NCBI GenBank assembly: GCA_017991375.1
Contig: JAGOQP010000002.1
Location: 2,259-66,258, forward strand
Source of the DNA: Minisyncoccota bacterium
Lineage (GTDB): Bacteria; Patescibacteriota; Minisyncoccia; UBA6257; JAGOQP01
DNA: 64,000 nt
Reading direction: 5' to 3'
Shown: piece by piece, positions 26,766 to 35,585 of the stretch
Position numbering within the stretch: the stretch's first letter is position 1
How the letters are laid out: the number at the start of each line of letters is the position of its first letter
Made by a program: the position numbers and the translations under genes
The notes under the pieces: generated by a model
Database searches by the model: none
Seen by the model: the letters and a program-made list of their open reading frames with translations, nothing else
Told to the model about the DNA's origin: nothing

Positions 26766-26872
26766 GCCGCGGTAGCTCAGTGGGTTTAAAGCAAACGATT
26801 TTGCTTTAAACGGGAAATCCAAAAGATATATTGGATTTTCCCTGGAAGAACAGAAAACCGAAGGTCTGCGAT
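26766..26872 (+). repeat. tRNA 5'-associated element: duplicated tRNA-Phe 5' end (18 nt) plus conserved two-hairpin module
   Basis: GCCGCGGTAGCTCAGTGG, then GTTTAAAGCAAACGATTTTGCTTTAAAC (hairpin), GGGAAATCCAAAAGATATATTGGATTTTCCC (hairpin), TGGAAGAACAGAAAACCGAAGGTCTGCGAT; about 90% identical module at 51838-51948 led by the tRNA-Thr 5' end. Confidence 0.8.
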
Positions 26873-26923
26873 ACGAAAGCACAAGACAATAAAGATATAT
26901 AAAAGCAACAATAGAAATAATAT

Positions 26924-26995
26924 GCCGCGGTAGCTCAGTGGTAGAGCAGACGCCTGAAGAGCGTCGTGTCGGGGGTCCGATTCCCTCTCGCGGCA
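26924..26995 (+). tRNA. tRNA-Phe (anticodon GAA)
   Basis: Acceptor GCCGCGG/TCGCGGC, D-arm GCTC-AGTGGTA-GAGC, anticodon stem GACGC/GCGTC with loop CTGAAGA, T-arm GGGGG-TCCGATT-CCCTC. Confidence 0.8.
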
Positions 26996-27077
26996 CTGGA
27001 TTGACACACGACTCGCAATTGATTCTAAAAAATAGTTCTTTTGTGGGTTGTCCGTTGTCGGTCGTTAGCAAGTATAT

Positions 27078-27151
27078 GGTGGCTATAGTTTAACGGTAAA
27101 ACTTCGGTTTGTGGAACCGATGTCAAGGGTTCAACTCCCTTTAGCCACCCA
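27078..27151 (+). tRNA. tRNA-His (anticodon GUG) with G-1
   Basis: Extra 5' G; acceptor GTGGCTA/TAGCCAC; anticodon stem TCGGT/ACCGA with loop TTGTGGA; T-arm AAGGG-TTCAACT-CCCTT; discriminator C. Confidence 0.75.
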
Positions 27152-27310
27152 GAATAGATTTACGTCTATTTTTGTGGCTAAGCGAGCAAACTGCTTTGCT
27201 CGCGTAAGAAGTTGAACGCCGGAATATGTGCAATTATAAATTGCACAATGAGGCGGCGACTAGACTGTGCTATTTAGCACAAGTCGGAGTCAACTCCCTT
27301 TAGCCACCCA
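27152..27310 (+). repeat. tRNA 3'-associated structured element ending in a duplicated tRNA-His 3' end
   Basis: Hairpin GCGAGCAAACTGCTTTGCTCGC; core GAAGTTGAACGCCGGAATATGTGCAATTATAAATTGCACAATGAGGCGGCGACTAGACTGTGC... with compensatory change in the GTGC...GCAC hairpin relative to the Arg/Tyr copies; then TCAACTCCCTTTAGCCACCCA, equal to the tRNA-His 3' 21 nt. Confidence 0.75.
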
Positions 27311-27315
27311 AAATT

Positions 27316-27861
27316 ATGCAAAAAGAAATTGAAGTCAAAATACAGGTCTCCGATTTAAAGCCCATACAAGAAAAATTGGAAAGTTTAGGATGTGTGATTT
27401 CTAACCCAATAGCGCAACACGACACCATTTTTAATCTTAATGGAATTACTATCAATGATCATAAAACTCCGGTATTGCGTATAAGAGAGCAAAATGGAAA
27501 GTATATTTTTACTTTTAAACAAGACGTAACCAATGAGCTTGACTGTATTGAGCATGAGACAGAGATAACAAACAAAGACGAACTCGTTAAGATTATTGAG
27601 CGACTTAATTTTGTAAAAACGGTTGAGGTTAGAAAAACGCGTCGTAAGACACAATATGGGGAGTACGAAATCTGTTTGGACGACGTTGATAATCTCGGGT
27701 TATTTGTAGAGGCCCAGAAGATGTCAGAACAAGACGGAAAAATAGTACAGGATGAGCTAATAGATTTTTTGGTTGAGCTCGGAGTCCCACGAGAAGGGGT
27801 TGTGTCCAGAGGATACGATACGCTTGTGTTTGAGAAGTTGCACCAAAAAGAGAGCTTATAA
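27316..27861 (+). CDS. CYTH-domain protein (class IV adenylyl cyclase/triphosphate tunnel metalloenzyme family)
   Basis: N-terminal EIEVKIQV (ExExK motif); 181 aa. Confidence 0.7.
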   Translation: MQKEIEVKIQVSDLKPIQEKLESLGCVISNPIAQHDTIFNLNGITINDHKTPVLRIREQNGKYIFTFKQDVTNELDCIEHETEITNKDELVKIIERLNFVKTVEVRKTRRKTQYGEYEICLDDVDNLGLFVEAQKMSEQDGKIVQDELIDFLVELGVPREGVVSRGYDTLVFEKLHQKESL

Positions 27862-27974
27862 ACGGTCATTTTTGGCGTTGTTTTTTGGGCGGTAGTATGA
27901 TATACTTACTGTGTCGCTAAGGGCGCTTGAAGGCCCATTTTTAGTGGCAAAATGACTATATTTGAAAAAGCGGT

Positions 27975-29999
27975 ATGGCTTCAAAAGAGGATAAAAAGCA
28001 AGAAAAGGTGTCATCATACAGTGCCAAGGATATATACGTTTTAGAGGGCCTGGAACCAGTGCGAAAGCGCCCAGGTATGTACATCGGATCAACCGGTCCC
28101 GATGGATTACACCACCTTATTTGGGAAATTGTGGACAACTCAATTGATGAAGCAATGGGTGGTTTTGCGCACACTATTCGCATTGAATTGCTTAAGGACA
28201 ACATGGTAGCAGTAACCGACGACGGTCGTGGTATTCCGGTTGACATTCATCCACAAACAAAGAAATCAGCATTAGAAACGGCGCTTTGTACTCTTCACGC
28301 GGGAGGAAAATTTGGAGGTGACTCCTACAAAGTATCGGGAGGACTTCACGGCGTGGGCGTTTCGGTAGTAAACGCGCTCTCTACGTGGATGAAAGCGGAA
28401 GTTCAAAAAGACGGCGGAATATGGGTTCAGGAATATAAACGTGGAGTGCCACAATATAATGTAAAAAAAATAGGAAAGACCGACAGCACCGGAACAAAAA
28501 TCATATTTCAGCCCGATCCTGAGATTTTTAATAAGATAGAATTTGATTGGAAAAAAATAATAGAACATCTTCGTCAGCAAGCGTTTTTGGTAAAAGGTGT
28601 GTCTATTGAAGTAATAGACGCCCGCGAGGACGTTCCCAACTACTACGCTTTTAAATTTGAGGGCGGACTTCTCTCCTTTTTGGCGTATCTGAATGAATTT
28701 GAGGACTCGGTTCAGGTAACGCCATTTTATGTAAACAAAGAAATGGACGGCATTCAAGTAGAAGCTGCGTTTACGTACAACAACGATGCTGATATGCAAG
28801 AGTTGAGCTTTGCGAATAATATCTACACACCAGAAGGCGGTATGCATCTTACTGGATTTCGTACGGCGCTCACGCGGGTACTTAATGATTACGCGCGCGA
28901 GAACAACTACATCAAAGACAAAGAAGAAAATCTTACCGGAGACGACGTGCGTGAAGGAATTGTGGCAATTGTGTCGGTAAAAATTACCGAACCGCAATTT
29001 GAAGGACAGACAAAAGCAAAACTCGGAAACCCGCCGGCACGTACCGCGGTAGATGCCGTTGTGTCGGAGGCGCTTAAAGAGTTTTTACAAAAATATTCAG
29101 GTGATGCGCGTGCGGTTATTGGAAAATGTTTACTCGCGGCCAAAGCGCGTCGTGCCGCGCGGGCGGCCAAAGAAACCGTTTTGAGAAAGGGCCCACTTGA
29201 AGGGCTTGCGCTCCCTGGAAAACTTGCTGATTGCACCTCAAAAGATGCCTCTATCTCTGAGCTTTTTATCGTTGAGGGAGATAGCGCCGGCGGTTCGGGA
29301 AAGCAAGGGCGTGATCGTCGTACGCAGGCGATATTACCGCTACGCGGAAAGATACTAAACGTAGAAAAAGCGCGATTAGACAAAATGCTCGCCAATAACG
29401 AAATTAGGTCGTTGGTAATCGCTTTGGGAACGGCTATTGGAAATGATTTCACGCTTGAGAAGCTTCGGTATCACAAAATTATCATTATGACCGATGCTGA
29501 TATCGATGGCGCCCATATTCGCACGTTGCTTTTGACGCTCTTTTATAAATACTTTAAAGATGTGGTAGAGCAGGGATTTTTGTATGCCGCGCAACCGCCG
29601 CTCTTTAGAGTGCAATACGCCAAAGAGGTGCGTTACGCGTACGATGAAGCAGAAAAAGATCGTATAGTGGAAGAGATACAAAAAATTCGCTCCGCGAAGA
29701 AAAAAACAAAGGGTGAAGAAAAAAATTCAGAGATGGAGATTGTTGAGTCCGATGAAACAACGCCGGAGACAAACGAAAAAGGCATTTTGATTCAGCGATA
29801 TAAAGGTCTGGGAGAAATGAACCCGGATCAACTATGGGAAACCACTATGGATCCCGAACGTCGAGTGCTCAAGCAAATTACAATCAGGGACGCGCAGGAA
29901 GCCGAGCGTATGTTTGATGTTTTAATGGGTCAGAAAGTCGAACCAAGAAAACATTTTATTCAAAGTCGCGCGTCAACGGTGCAAAATCTTGACATCTAG
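27975..29999 (+). CDS. gyrB: DNA gyrase subunit B
   Basis: GLEPVRKRPGMYIGSTGPDGLHHLIWEIVDNSIDEAMGG; TOPRIM and C-terminal domains; 674 aa. Confidence 0.95.
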   Translation: MASKEDKKQEKVSSYSAKDIYVLEGLEPVRKRPGMYIGSTGPDGLHHLIWEIVDNSIDEAMGGFAHTIRIELLKDNMVAVTDDGRGIPVDIHPQTKKSALETALCTLHAGGKFGGDSYKVSGGLHGVGVSVVNALSTWMKAEVQKDGGIWVQEYKRGVPQYNVKKIGKTDSTGTKIIFQPDPEIFNKIEFDWKKIIEHLRQQAFLVKGVSIEVIDAREDVPNYYAFKFEGGLLSFLAYLNEFEDSVQVTPFYVNKEMDGIQVEAAFTYNNDADMQELSFANNIYTPEGGMHLTGFRTALTRVLNDYARENNYIKDKEENLTGDDVREGIVAIVSVKITEPQFEGQTKAKLGNPPARTAVDAVVSEALKEFLQKYSGDARAVIGKCLLAAKARRAARAAKETVLRKGPLEGLALPGKLADCTSKDASISELFIVEGDSAGGSGKQGRDRRTQAILPLRGKILNVEKARLDKMLANNEIRSLVIALGTAIGNDFTLEKLRYHKIIIMTDADIDGAHIRTLLLTLFYKYFKDVVEQGFLYAAQPPLFRVQYAKEVRYAYDEAEKDRIVEEIQKIRSAKKKTKGEEKNSEMEIVESDETTPETNEKGILIQRYKGLGEMNPDQLWETTMDPERRVLKQITIRDAQEAERMFDVLMGQKVEPRKHFIQSRASTVQNLDI

Positions 30000-30055
30000 G
30001 ACTCTGCCTGATACTATAAGGCACACAGCGAACATCCACAGGGTAGCACAAAGAT

Positions 30056-30241
30056 ATGCTTACGAAGATAAAAAGTTATTTTGTTGAATCGTTTTACGAA
30101 CTTAAGCAGGTAAATTGGCCGACCAAAAATGAAACGGTTCGTTTGACGTTGGTGGTTATCGGATTATCGCTCGGGGTCGCGTTATTCTTGGGAATTTTAG
30201 ATATTTTATTCTCGTACGGGCTTCAGTCGATCATTCTCTAA
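30056..30241 (+). CDS. secE: preprotein translocase subunit SecE (61 aa, single TM)
   Basis: WPTKNETVRLTLVVIGLSLGVALFLGILD; directly upstream of nusG. Confidence 0.8.
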   Translation: MLTKIKSYFVESFYELKQVNWPTKNETVRLTLVVIGLSLGVALFLGILDILFSYGLQSIIL

Positions 30242-30246
30242 ACAGT

Positions 30247-30822
30247 ATGGCAGAGGACGTAAAAAAAGGAGCATTAGACACCCCAGAGCGTGGGCAACGC
30301 GCTTGGTTTGCGGTGCATACGTATTCGGGATACGAAGATGCTGTTGAGCGGTATCTTAAGCAACGCGTTGAATCGCTTTCAATGGGAGATAAAATTTTTA
30401 ATGTTATTGTTCCCAAAGAAAAGAAAATTAAGATCAAAAATGGAAAGCGCAAGACCATTGAAGAAAAAATTTATCCCGGATATGTGCTTGTTGATATGGT
30501 TCTCACTGAAGATTCCTGGTATGTGGTCAGAAACACGCCACGGGTTATGGGATTTGTTGGTCCGGACTCAACAAAACCAACACCGCTTTCTAAGGACGAA
30601 ATAGAAAATCTGATGAGTAGAATGGGAGAAGGCAAAGACGCGCGCTTTACGGTTGACTACGCGATAGGGGATTTGATAAAAGTAGTGGATGGCCCGTTTA
30701 AGGATTACGAAGGAACGATTACTGAAATAGATGAAGAGCACGGGCGCGTAAAGGCAACGGTTCCGGTCTTTGGTCGCGATACAGTCGTGGAGATTGACTC
30801 TCTGCAAATTCAAAAAATTTAG
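30247..30822 (+). CDS. nusG: transcription termination/antitermination factor NusG
   Basis: NGN domain ([18 protein letters not shown]) and KOW domain ([18 protein letters not shown]). Confidence 0.9.
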   Translation: MAEDVKKGALDTPERGQRAWFAVHTYSGYEDAVERYLKQRVESLSMGDKIFNVIVPKEKKIKIKNGKRKTIEEKIYPGYVLVDMVLTEDSWYVVRNTPRVMGFVGPDSTKPTPLSKDEIENLMSRMGEGKDARFTVDYAIGDLIKVVDGPFKDYEGTITEIDEEHGRVKATVPVFGRDTVVEIDSLQIQKI

Positions 30823-30841
30823 ATTATTATTTATAGCATTT

Positions 30842-31267
30842 ATGGCAAAAGCAGTAAAAACAACATTAAAGATACAACTTCCCGCAGGAGCGGCAACGCC
30901 AGCTCCTCCAGTGGGAACGGCACTCGGTCCGCATGGTATTAACCTGGCGCAATTTTGTCAGCAGTTTAATGACGCGACTAAAGAAATGACTGGTAGCGTT
31001 ATCCCGGCGGTGATTACGATCTACGAAGACCGAACATTTGAATTTAAGCTCAAAACACCCCCAGTTTCTGATTTGCTCAAAAAAGCAGCTGGTGTACAGA
31101 AGGGGAGTGGTAATCCGCTTAAAGATAAAGTAGGCACCGTTACGCGCGCACAAGTCAAAGAGATTGCGGAAAAAAAGATGGCAGACCTCAATACAACAAA
31201 GATTGAATCGGCTCAAAAGATTGTAGAGGGGGCGGCTCGCTCAATGGGAATTACTATTGCTGAATAG
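30842..31267 (+). CDS. rplK: 50S ribosomal protein L11
   Basis: [34 protein letters not shown]...; start at the internal ATG of the printed ORF. Confidence 0.9.
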   Translation: MAKAVKTTLKIQLPAGAATPAPPVGTALGPHGINLAQFCQQFNDATKEMTGSVIPAVITIYEDRTFEFKLKTPPVSDLLKKAAGVQKGSGNPLKDKVGTVTRAQVKEIAEKKMADLNTTKIESAQKIVEGAARSMGITIAE

Positions 31268-31348
31268 ACAAAAATAGGATGTATTTTTATAAACACCCTC
31301 GGTATATGCCGAGGATGTTTTGGTATGTGATGTATCGCCCGAAAGCAC

Positions 31349-31378
31349 TTGACAAAATAGCATAAAATGTGCTATAAT
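31349..31378 (+). promoter_or_regulatory. consensus sigma70-type promoter TTGACA-N18-TATAAT
   Basis: ttgacaaaatagcataaaatgtgctataat; upstream of the GC-rich ORF at 31523. Confidence 0.6.
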
Positions 31379-31522
31379 CTGTTTGTTACAAGCACGCTAA
31401 CATATTACTTGCAGATAACAGCTCACAAAAACTGTACATGGGAATTGACCCAAAAACAGTGGTGAGCTCTTACACAGCATGGAGCCCGACTAGGAATCGG
31501 GTAAGATGCCAAGGAGGATACC

Positions 31523-31939
31523 ATGGCAAAAAGTGTTCAGTTTGTTCTCCCCTCCGCTCTCACTCTGCCCTTTTGGGCAAGGGGGGTGGCGGAAAACCAC
31601 GAAGAACCCTTTGTCGGCAAGAACGTGGAGCTCGAGTTGGTTGAGTTCTGCTCTGCCGGCGAGCCATACACCAGTGGCGAGGAGATGCTCAGGCGCTCTC
31701 TCGCCAAGACCATGCCCACGGGCAACCGGACATTCGAGCACTTGGCCGCCCATCAGGAGATCATTCCGGAGGAGTGGCGGGAGTTTGTGCTCGTTTTCCC
31801 CGGTACGGTTCTGCTCGACGAGCGCGGCCTTCGCTGCGTTCAGTGCCTGGCCGTCCGCAATGGCCGGTGGGGTCGGTACGACTATTGGCTCAGTCGCAAC
31901 CTCCGCTCCTGCTGCCGCGTCGTCGGATTCTGCAAGTAG
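31523..31939 (+). CDS. GC-rich (about 60%) hypothetical Cys-containing protein (138 aa), probably horizontally acquired
   Basis: AAGGAGG 5 nt upstream of the ATG; compositionally distinct from flanks; C-terminus RCVQCLAVRNGRWGRYDYWLSRNLRSCCRVVGFCK. Lies where rplA is expected downstream of rplK. Confidence 0.55.
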   Translation: MAKSVQFVLPSALTLPFWARGVAENHEEPFVGKNVELELVEFCSAGEPYTSGEEMLRRSLAKTMPTGNRTFEHLAAHQEIIPEEWREFVLVFPGTVLLDERGLRCVQCLAVRNGRWGRYDYWLSRNLRSCCRVVGFCK

Positions 31940-32074
31940 TTTTCCCTGGGGATCTTGGAGTTCTTGCGCTCTGCCGCGCTTGGCTCCTTGGTCCCTTTTA
32001 ATTTTTCAACAAAACTGATATGGTGGAAACGGATATTAGGTTCGTATGCGTACGGTCAAGAATTTTGCGTCTTG

Positions 32075-32110
32075 TACCACAAATCTCCACGATCGTGGAG
32101 ATTTGTGGTA
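32075..32110. repeat. 36-bp palindrome TACCACAAATCTCCACGATCGTGGAGATTTGTGGTA (copy 2)
   Basis: Same element as 16481-16522; located at the distal end of the GC-rich insert. Confidence 0.95.
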
Positions 32111-32278
32111 AAAAGTGTTAAACACTCCGTGTTTTAAGATATGAGCTCTAAACTTGTCTAAAGAGTGCTTAATGTTTCTCACCTGACTTGTTTTTTCTCA
32201 CTATTTATTATCCACTAATTGCTTTACCTATTTTCTCGTTTGCCTTCTTTGTTGTAACTAAGGTACTATAAGAGAGAT

Positions 32279-33727
32279 ATGGAAACGCGTTATCAACCAA
32301 CAATCGGGCTTGAAATACACGCAGAATTGGCGACCAAAACGAAAATGTTTTGTTCGTGCGCGAACGACGAAACGCAACTAACGCCAAACACAAATGTATG
32401 CCCCGTTTGTCTTGGGCATCCGGGGACATTACCGGTTCCCAATCAAACAGCGATTGATATGGTGGTAAAAACAGGGCTTGCGTTACAGTGTGCCATAAGT
32501 CGCGCGTCAAAATTTGATCGAAAAAATTACTTTTACCCGGATCTCCCAAAGGCATATCAAATAAGTCAGTATGATCAACCATTGTGCGAACACGGATCAT
32601 TTACGCTTCCCACTGGTAGTGTTATTCGCATTAAAAGAATTCATTTAGAAGAAGATGCCGCTGGGCTCTCTCACTCGGCCGATAATAAACACAGCTTGGT
32701 TGATTTTAACCGAGCCGGCGTGCCGCTTATGGAGTTGGTTACCGAACCAGATTTTCACACTGCCGATGACGCGGTTTTATTCGCGCAAGAATTACAGCTA
32801 CTCTTGCGCTATCTTGAGGTTTCTGATGGTGATATGGAAAAAGGACATATGCGCATAGAGGCAAATATCTCAATTGCTCCCCAGGGATCAGACAAGTTGG
32901 GAACTAAAGTTGAGGTAAAAAATCTAAATTCGTTTCGTGCGGTAAAGCGCGCGATCACGTATGAAATACATCGGCACGAAAAGATGCTATTGGAAGATCG
33001 TCACATAGACCAAGAAACGCGTGGGTGGAACGACGAAAAACAAGAAACATTTTCCCAACGATCAAAAGAAGAAGCACACGATTATCGTTACTTTCCCGAA
33101 CCGGACATCCCGCCACTAGTACTTGCCGATGAATACATTGAGCGTATTCGCGCGTCTGTGGGAGAGTTGCCGTGGGAGAAACGTAAACGGTTTTCCCATG
33201 AATACAATCTTTCAGATACACAGAGCGAATTTTTAGTTCAAGATGAAAAACTCTCAGCGTTTTTTGAACACGCTGTTTCGGAGCTCAATACCTATACTCA
33301 CAAAATAGATATTCAACTTTTATTTAACTATCTAGCGTCTGATGCGCAGGGTCTGGCGACAGATAGGGGAATGCCTATATATGTATCACGACTAACACCC
33401 GCGCATCTTGCGCAATTGGTCGCGTACGTCTCGGAAGAAAAAATATCGAGCCGTGTGGCAAAAGATGTGCTTGCGCGTGTTTTTGATGATGGCCAAAGTC
33501 CACAGGACATCATTATGGCCGAAAATCTTTTTCAGGTATCGGATGTAAGCGCTCTTGAAAGCATGGTGCGTCTGGTAATTGATCAAAACGACAAAGCTGT
33601 TTTAGAATATAAACAGGGAAAGCTTAACGCGCTCCAGTTCCTTATGGGGAAAGTAATGGCGCAGAGCAAAGGAGCGGCTAATCCCGATGTGGTCAAAACA
33701 ATACTTGCAAAATTATTAAATATGTAG
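32279..33727 (+). CDS. gatB: Asp-tRNA(Asn)/Glu-tRNA(Gln) amidotransferase subunit B
   Basis: YQPTIGLEIHAELATKTKMFCSC...VCPVCLGHPGTLPV; 482 aa. Confidence 0.9.
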   Translation: METRYQPTIGLEIHAELATKTKMFCSCANDETQLTPNTNVCPVCLGHPGTLPVPNQTAIDMVVKTGLALQCAISRASKFDRKNYFYPDLPKAYQISQYDQPLCEHGSFTLPTGSVIRIKRIHLEEDAAGLSHSADNKHSLVDFNRAGVPLMELVTEPDFHTADDAVLFAQELQLLLRYLEVSDGDMEKGHMRIEANISIAPQGSDKLGTKVEVKNLNSFRAVKRAITYEIHRHEKMLLEDRHIDQETRGWNDEKQETFSQRSKEEAHDYRYFPEPDIPPLVLADEYIERIRASVGELPWEKRKRFSHEYNLSDTQSEFLVQDEKLSAFFEHAVSELNTYTHKIDIQLLFNYLASDAQGLATDRGMPIYVSRLTPAHLAQLVAYVSEEKISSRVAKDVLARVFDDGQSPQDIIMAENLFQVSDVSALESMVRLVIDQNDKAVLEYKQGKLNALQFLMGKVMAQSKGAANPDVVKTILAKLLNM

Positions 33728-33742
33728 TATAATATAAGCACT

Positions 33743-34144
33743 ATGAAAAAAGAATTTCCAATATCAGAAAAAAATAATTGGTCGTCGGAACAAGAAGAGA
33801 TAAAGCAAAAAGCCGAGCGGGCAAAAAAAGTTCTTATAACAGGTCTTGTTGATGCAACTGTACGCGCGCTCAACGACGACGCCGATCTCTCTAATCCGTT
33901 GCGTGTCAAAGGGTTGATTGCAGAGTTACGGCCCGTTATTGAGCAAATAAAAGGACACGGTTCAGATTGGGCAACTGTTCGCCATGAGATTCAAGAAAAA
34001 GCATACAGAGAGGTAGAGACACGATGCCAGAGCGCGAGCCAATACGAAAAAGCTCACCGCATATACGAATCATTGGCAGATGAACTCTTTGGTAAAGTAG
34101 CGCGTATTTCTGAGGAGGATGGAGGTCAAGAACGAATGGAATAA
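33743..34144 (+). CDS. hypothetical protein (133 aa)
   Basis: Intact ORF; no motif recognised. Confidence 0.4.
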   Translation: MKKEFPISEKNNWSSEQEEIKQKAERAKKVLITGLVDATVRALNDDADLSNPLRVKGLIAELRPVIEQIKGHGSDWATVRHEIQEKAYREVETRCQSASQYEKAHRIYESLADELFGKVARISEEDGGQERME

Positions 34145-34145
34145 A

Positions 34146-35084
34146 CTAATATTTCAAAAAAGCATTCACTAACGTGAGTGCTTTTTTTGTTTCTCCAATT
34201 TCAATCCAGTTGATGGTGTTGTTTCGTGAAAACCACGTCATTTGGCGTTTGGTGTATTGTTCTATATCTTTGGATAGTCCGTTGATATATTCTTCCTTTG
34301 TTATATCTTTCTTAAGTAATCGAGCTGTCCATTTATACTCAAGTCCAAACTGCTCAAGTCGTTTCCACGAAACGCCATCGCGATGTATTTTACTAACCTC
34401 GTTAATCATGCCGGCTTTAATGCGACGTTCAAGTCGCTTGTGTATTCGCTCTGACAAGATTTGTTTTGGTGCGTGTATGCCAATAAAAAGAGTGTGGTAG
34501 GGGGATGTGGCGTGCAACTGAGGAACTGGTTTTTTTGTTGTTATAACAATTTCAAGGGCTCGGATAAGGCGTCTTCGATTGTGGAAATCTATAGTGCTCG
34601 CGCGGCGTGGGTCTTTTTTTAAGAGAAGATCAAAAAGATCGCCTGTTGATTTTTTTTCAAGTTTTTTTCTCAAGACAGTGTCTGCTTTCACATTAGGGAT
34701 GTCCACGCCATTAACGAGCGTGTCTATGTAAAGCCCTGTGCCGCCGCACACAATAGGTATTATATGTTTCTGGTGTAGTCGCTGTACTATATTTTGTGCT
34801 CGTTTTTGAAACTGGGCAACGGAAAACGTTCTAGTAGGGGAGGCAACATCAAGAAGATGGTGGGGAATTCCTCGCGCCTCTTTTTTGGTTATTTTTCCCG
34901 CGGTGAGATTAAACCCTTTGTATACCTGTCTGGAGTCCGCAGAAATAATCTCTGCTCCGGCAATGCTAAATTGTTTTTTGTGGCGAATTAAAAAACGCGC
35001 GAGTAAAACAGCTAAATCTGATTTTCCAGTCGCTGTTGGTCCGCACACAACAATAATAGGGGGTTTTTGTTGAAATATTGACAT
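34146..35084 (-). CDS. miaA: tRNA dimethylallyltransferase
   Basis: P-loop IIVVCGPTATGKSDLAV; 312 aa. Confidence 0.9.
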   Translation of the reverse strand: MSIFQQKPPIIVVCGPTATGKSDLAVLLARFLIRHKKQFSIAGAEIISADSRQVYKGFNLTAGKITKKEARGIPHHLLDVASPTRTFSVAQFQKRAQNIVQRLHQKHIIPIVCGGTGLYIDTLVNGVDIPNVKADTVLRKKLEKKSTGDLFDLLLKKDPRRASTIDFHNRRRLIRALEIVITTKKPVPQLHATSPYHTLFIGIHAPKQILSERIHKRLERRIKAGMINEVSKIHRDGVSWKRLEQFGLEYKWTARLLKKDITKEEYINGLSKDIEQYTKRQMTWFSRNNTINWIEIGETKKALTLVNAFLKY

Positions 35085-35169
35085 TATATTAAAAATATGC
35101 TAGCATATAATCACGAAAAGTTCAAGAACGTACACAAAAACAGGGCAAAAAAACGCAAGGAGGAAAATC

Positions 35170-35331
35170 ATGTTGGAAGTACTTTTGCTGTCGCTCCCGA
35201 TCACAGCTCCTCTCCTTATCGGTGGGGGGCTGGTCGTCCTCTTCGTCAGAAAGAGGGCGATCACCACGCTGCGCCGGAGGAAGAACAGCCGGCACAGCAA
35301 GAGGCCCCACCAGAAGAAGCTCGTGATCTAG
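35170..35331 (+). CDS. 53-aa GC-rich small membrane peptide with polybasic tail (type I toxin-like)
   Basis: MLEVLLLSLPITAPLLIGGGLVVLFVRKRAITTLRRRKNSRHSKRPHQKKLVI; AAGGAGG 6 nt upstream; rho-independent terminator downstream; not on the >=60-aa ORF track. Confidence 0.55.
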   Translation: MLEVLLLSLPITAPLLIGGGLVVLFVRKRAITTLRRRKNSRHSKRPHQKKLVI

Positions 35332-35351
35332 ATTCACGGGCACAGAACACA

Positions 35352-35383
35352 AGAGCCGCGGCGCACGCCACGGCTCTTTTTGT
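35352..35383 (+). terminator. rho-independent terminator
   Basis: AGAGCCG-loop-CGGCTCT followed by TTTTTGTT. Confidence 0.6.
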
Positions 35384-35440
35384 TGCCGAGCTTATTTGTA
35401 GTGGTATACCATCAAAATTTTCTATATTTCTATATCTACG

Positions 35441-35480
35441 TATGTTACAAAAATTAGCGATCGCTAATTTTTGTAACATA
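35441..35480. repeat. 40-bp perfect palindrome TATGTTACAAAAATTAGCGATCGCTAATTTTTGTAACATA (copy 1)
   Basis: Self-complementary; copies also at 36189-36224 and 55707-55740. Confidence 0.95.
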
Positions 35481-35585
35481 TAAGCGCATAGGAAAAAGAA
35501 TATAAAAGATGGATAAAAATATACACAGTGGTATGATATAAATAGAAGGATAATACAAGAGACAAAAAATCGTCTTAATGATATT

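Noticed and set aside
31506-32018. Alternative ORFs in the GC-rich insert (31506-32018, 31438-31644, 31774-32001, minus-strand 31490-31753)
   Set aside because: High GC keeps several frames open. Only 31523-31939 has the AAGGAGG RBS and lies downstream of the consensus promoter.
35444-35477. GCGATCGC (cyanobacterial HIP1 octamer) inside the 34-bp palindrome as evidence of cyanobacterial origin
   Set aside because: Only three occurrences, each within the same larger palindrome. Genome composition and gene content are not cyanobacterial.
35097-35483. 128-aa ORF 35097-35483 on the ORF track
   Set aside because: It has no RBS, starts inside the miaA divergent promoter region and runs through a terminator and the palindrome. 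The in-frame-shifted 53-aa ORF (35170-35331) has a perfect RBS and terminator and is preferred.
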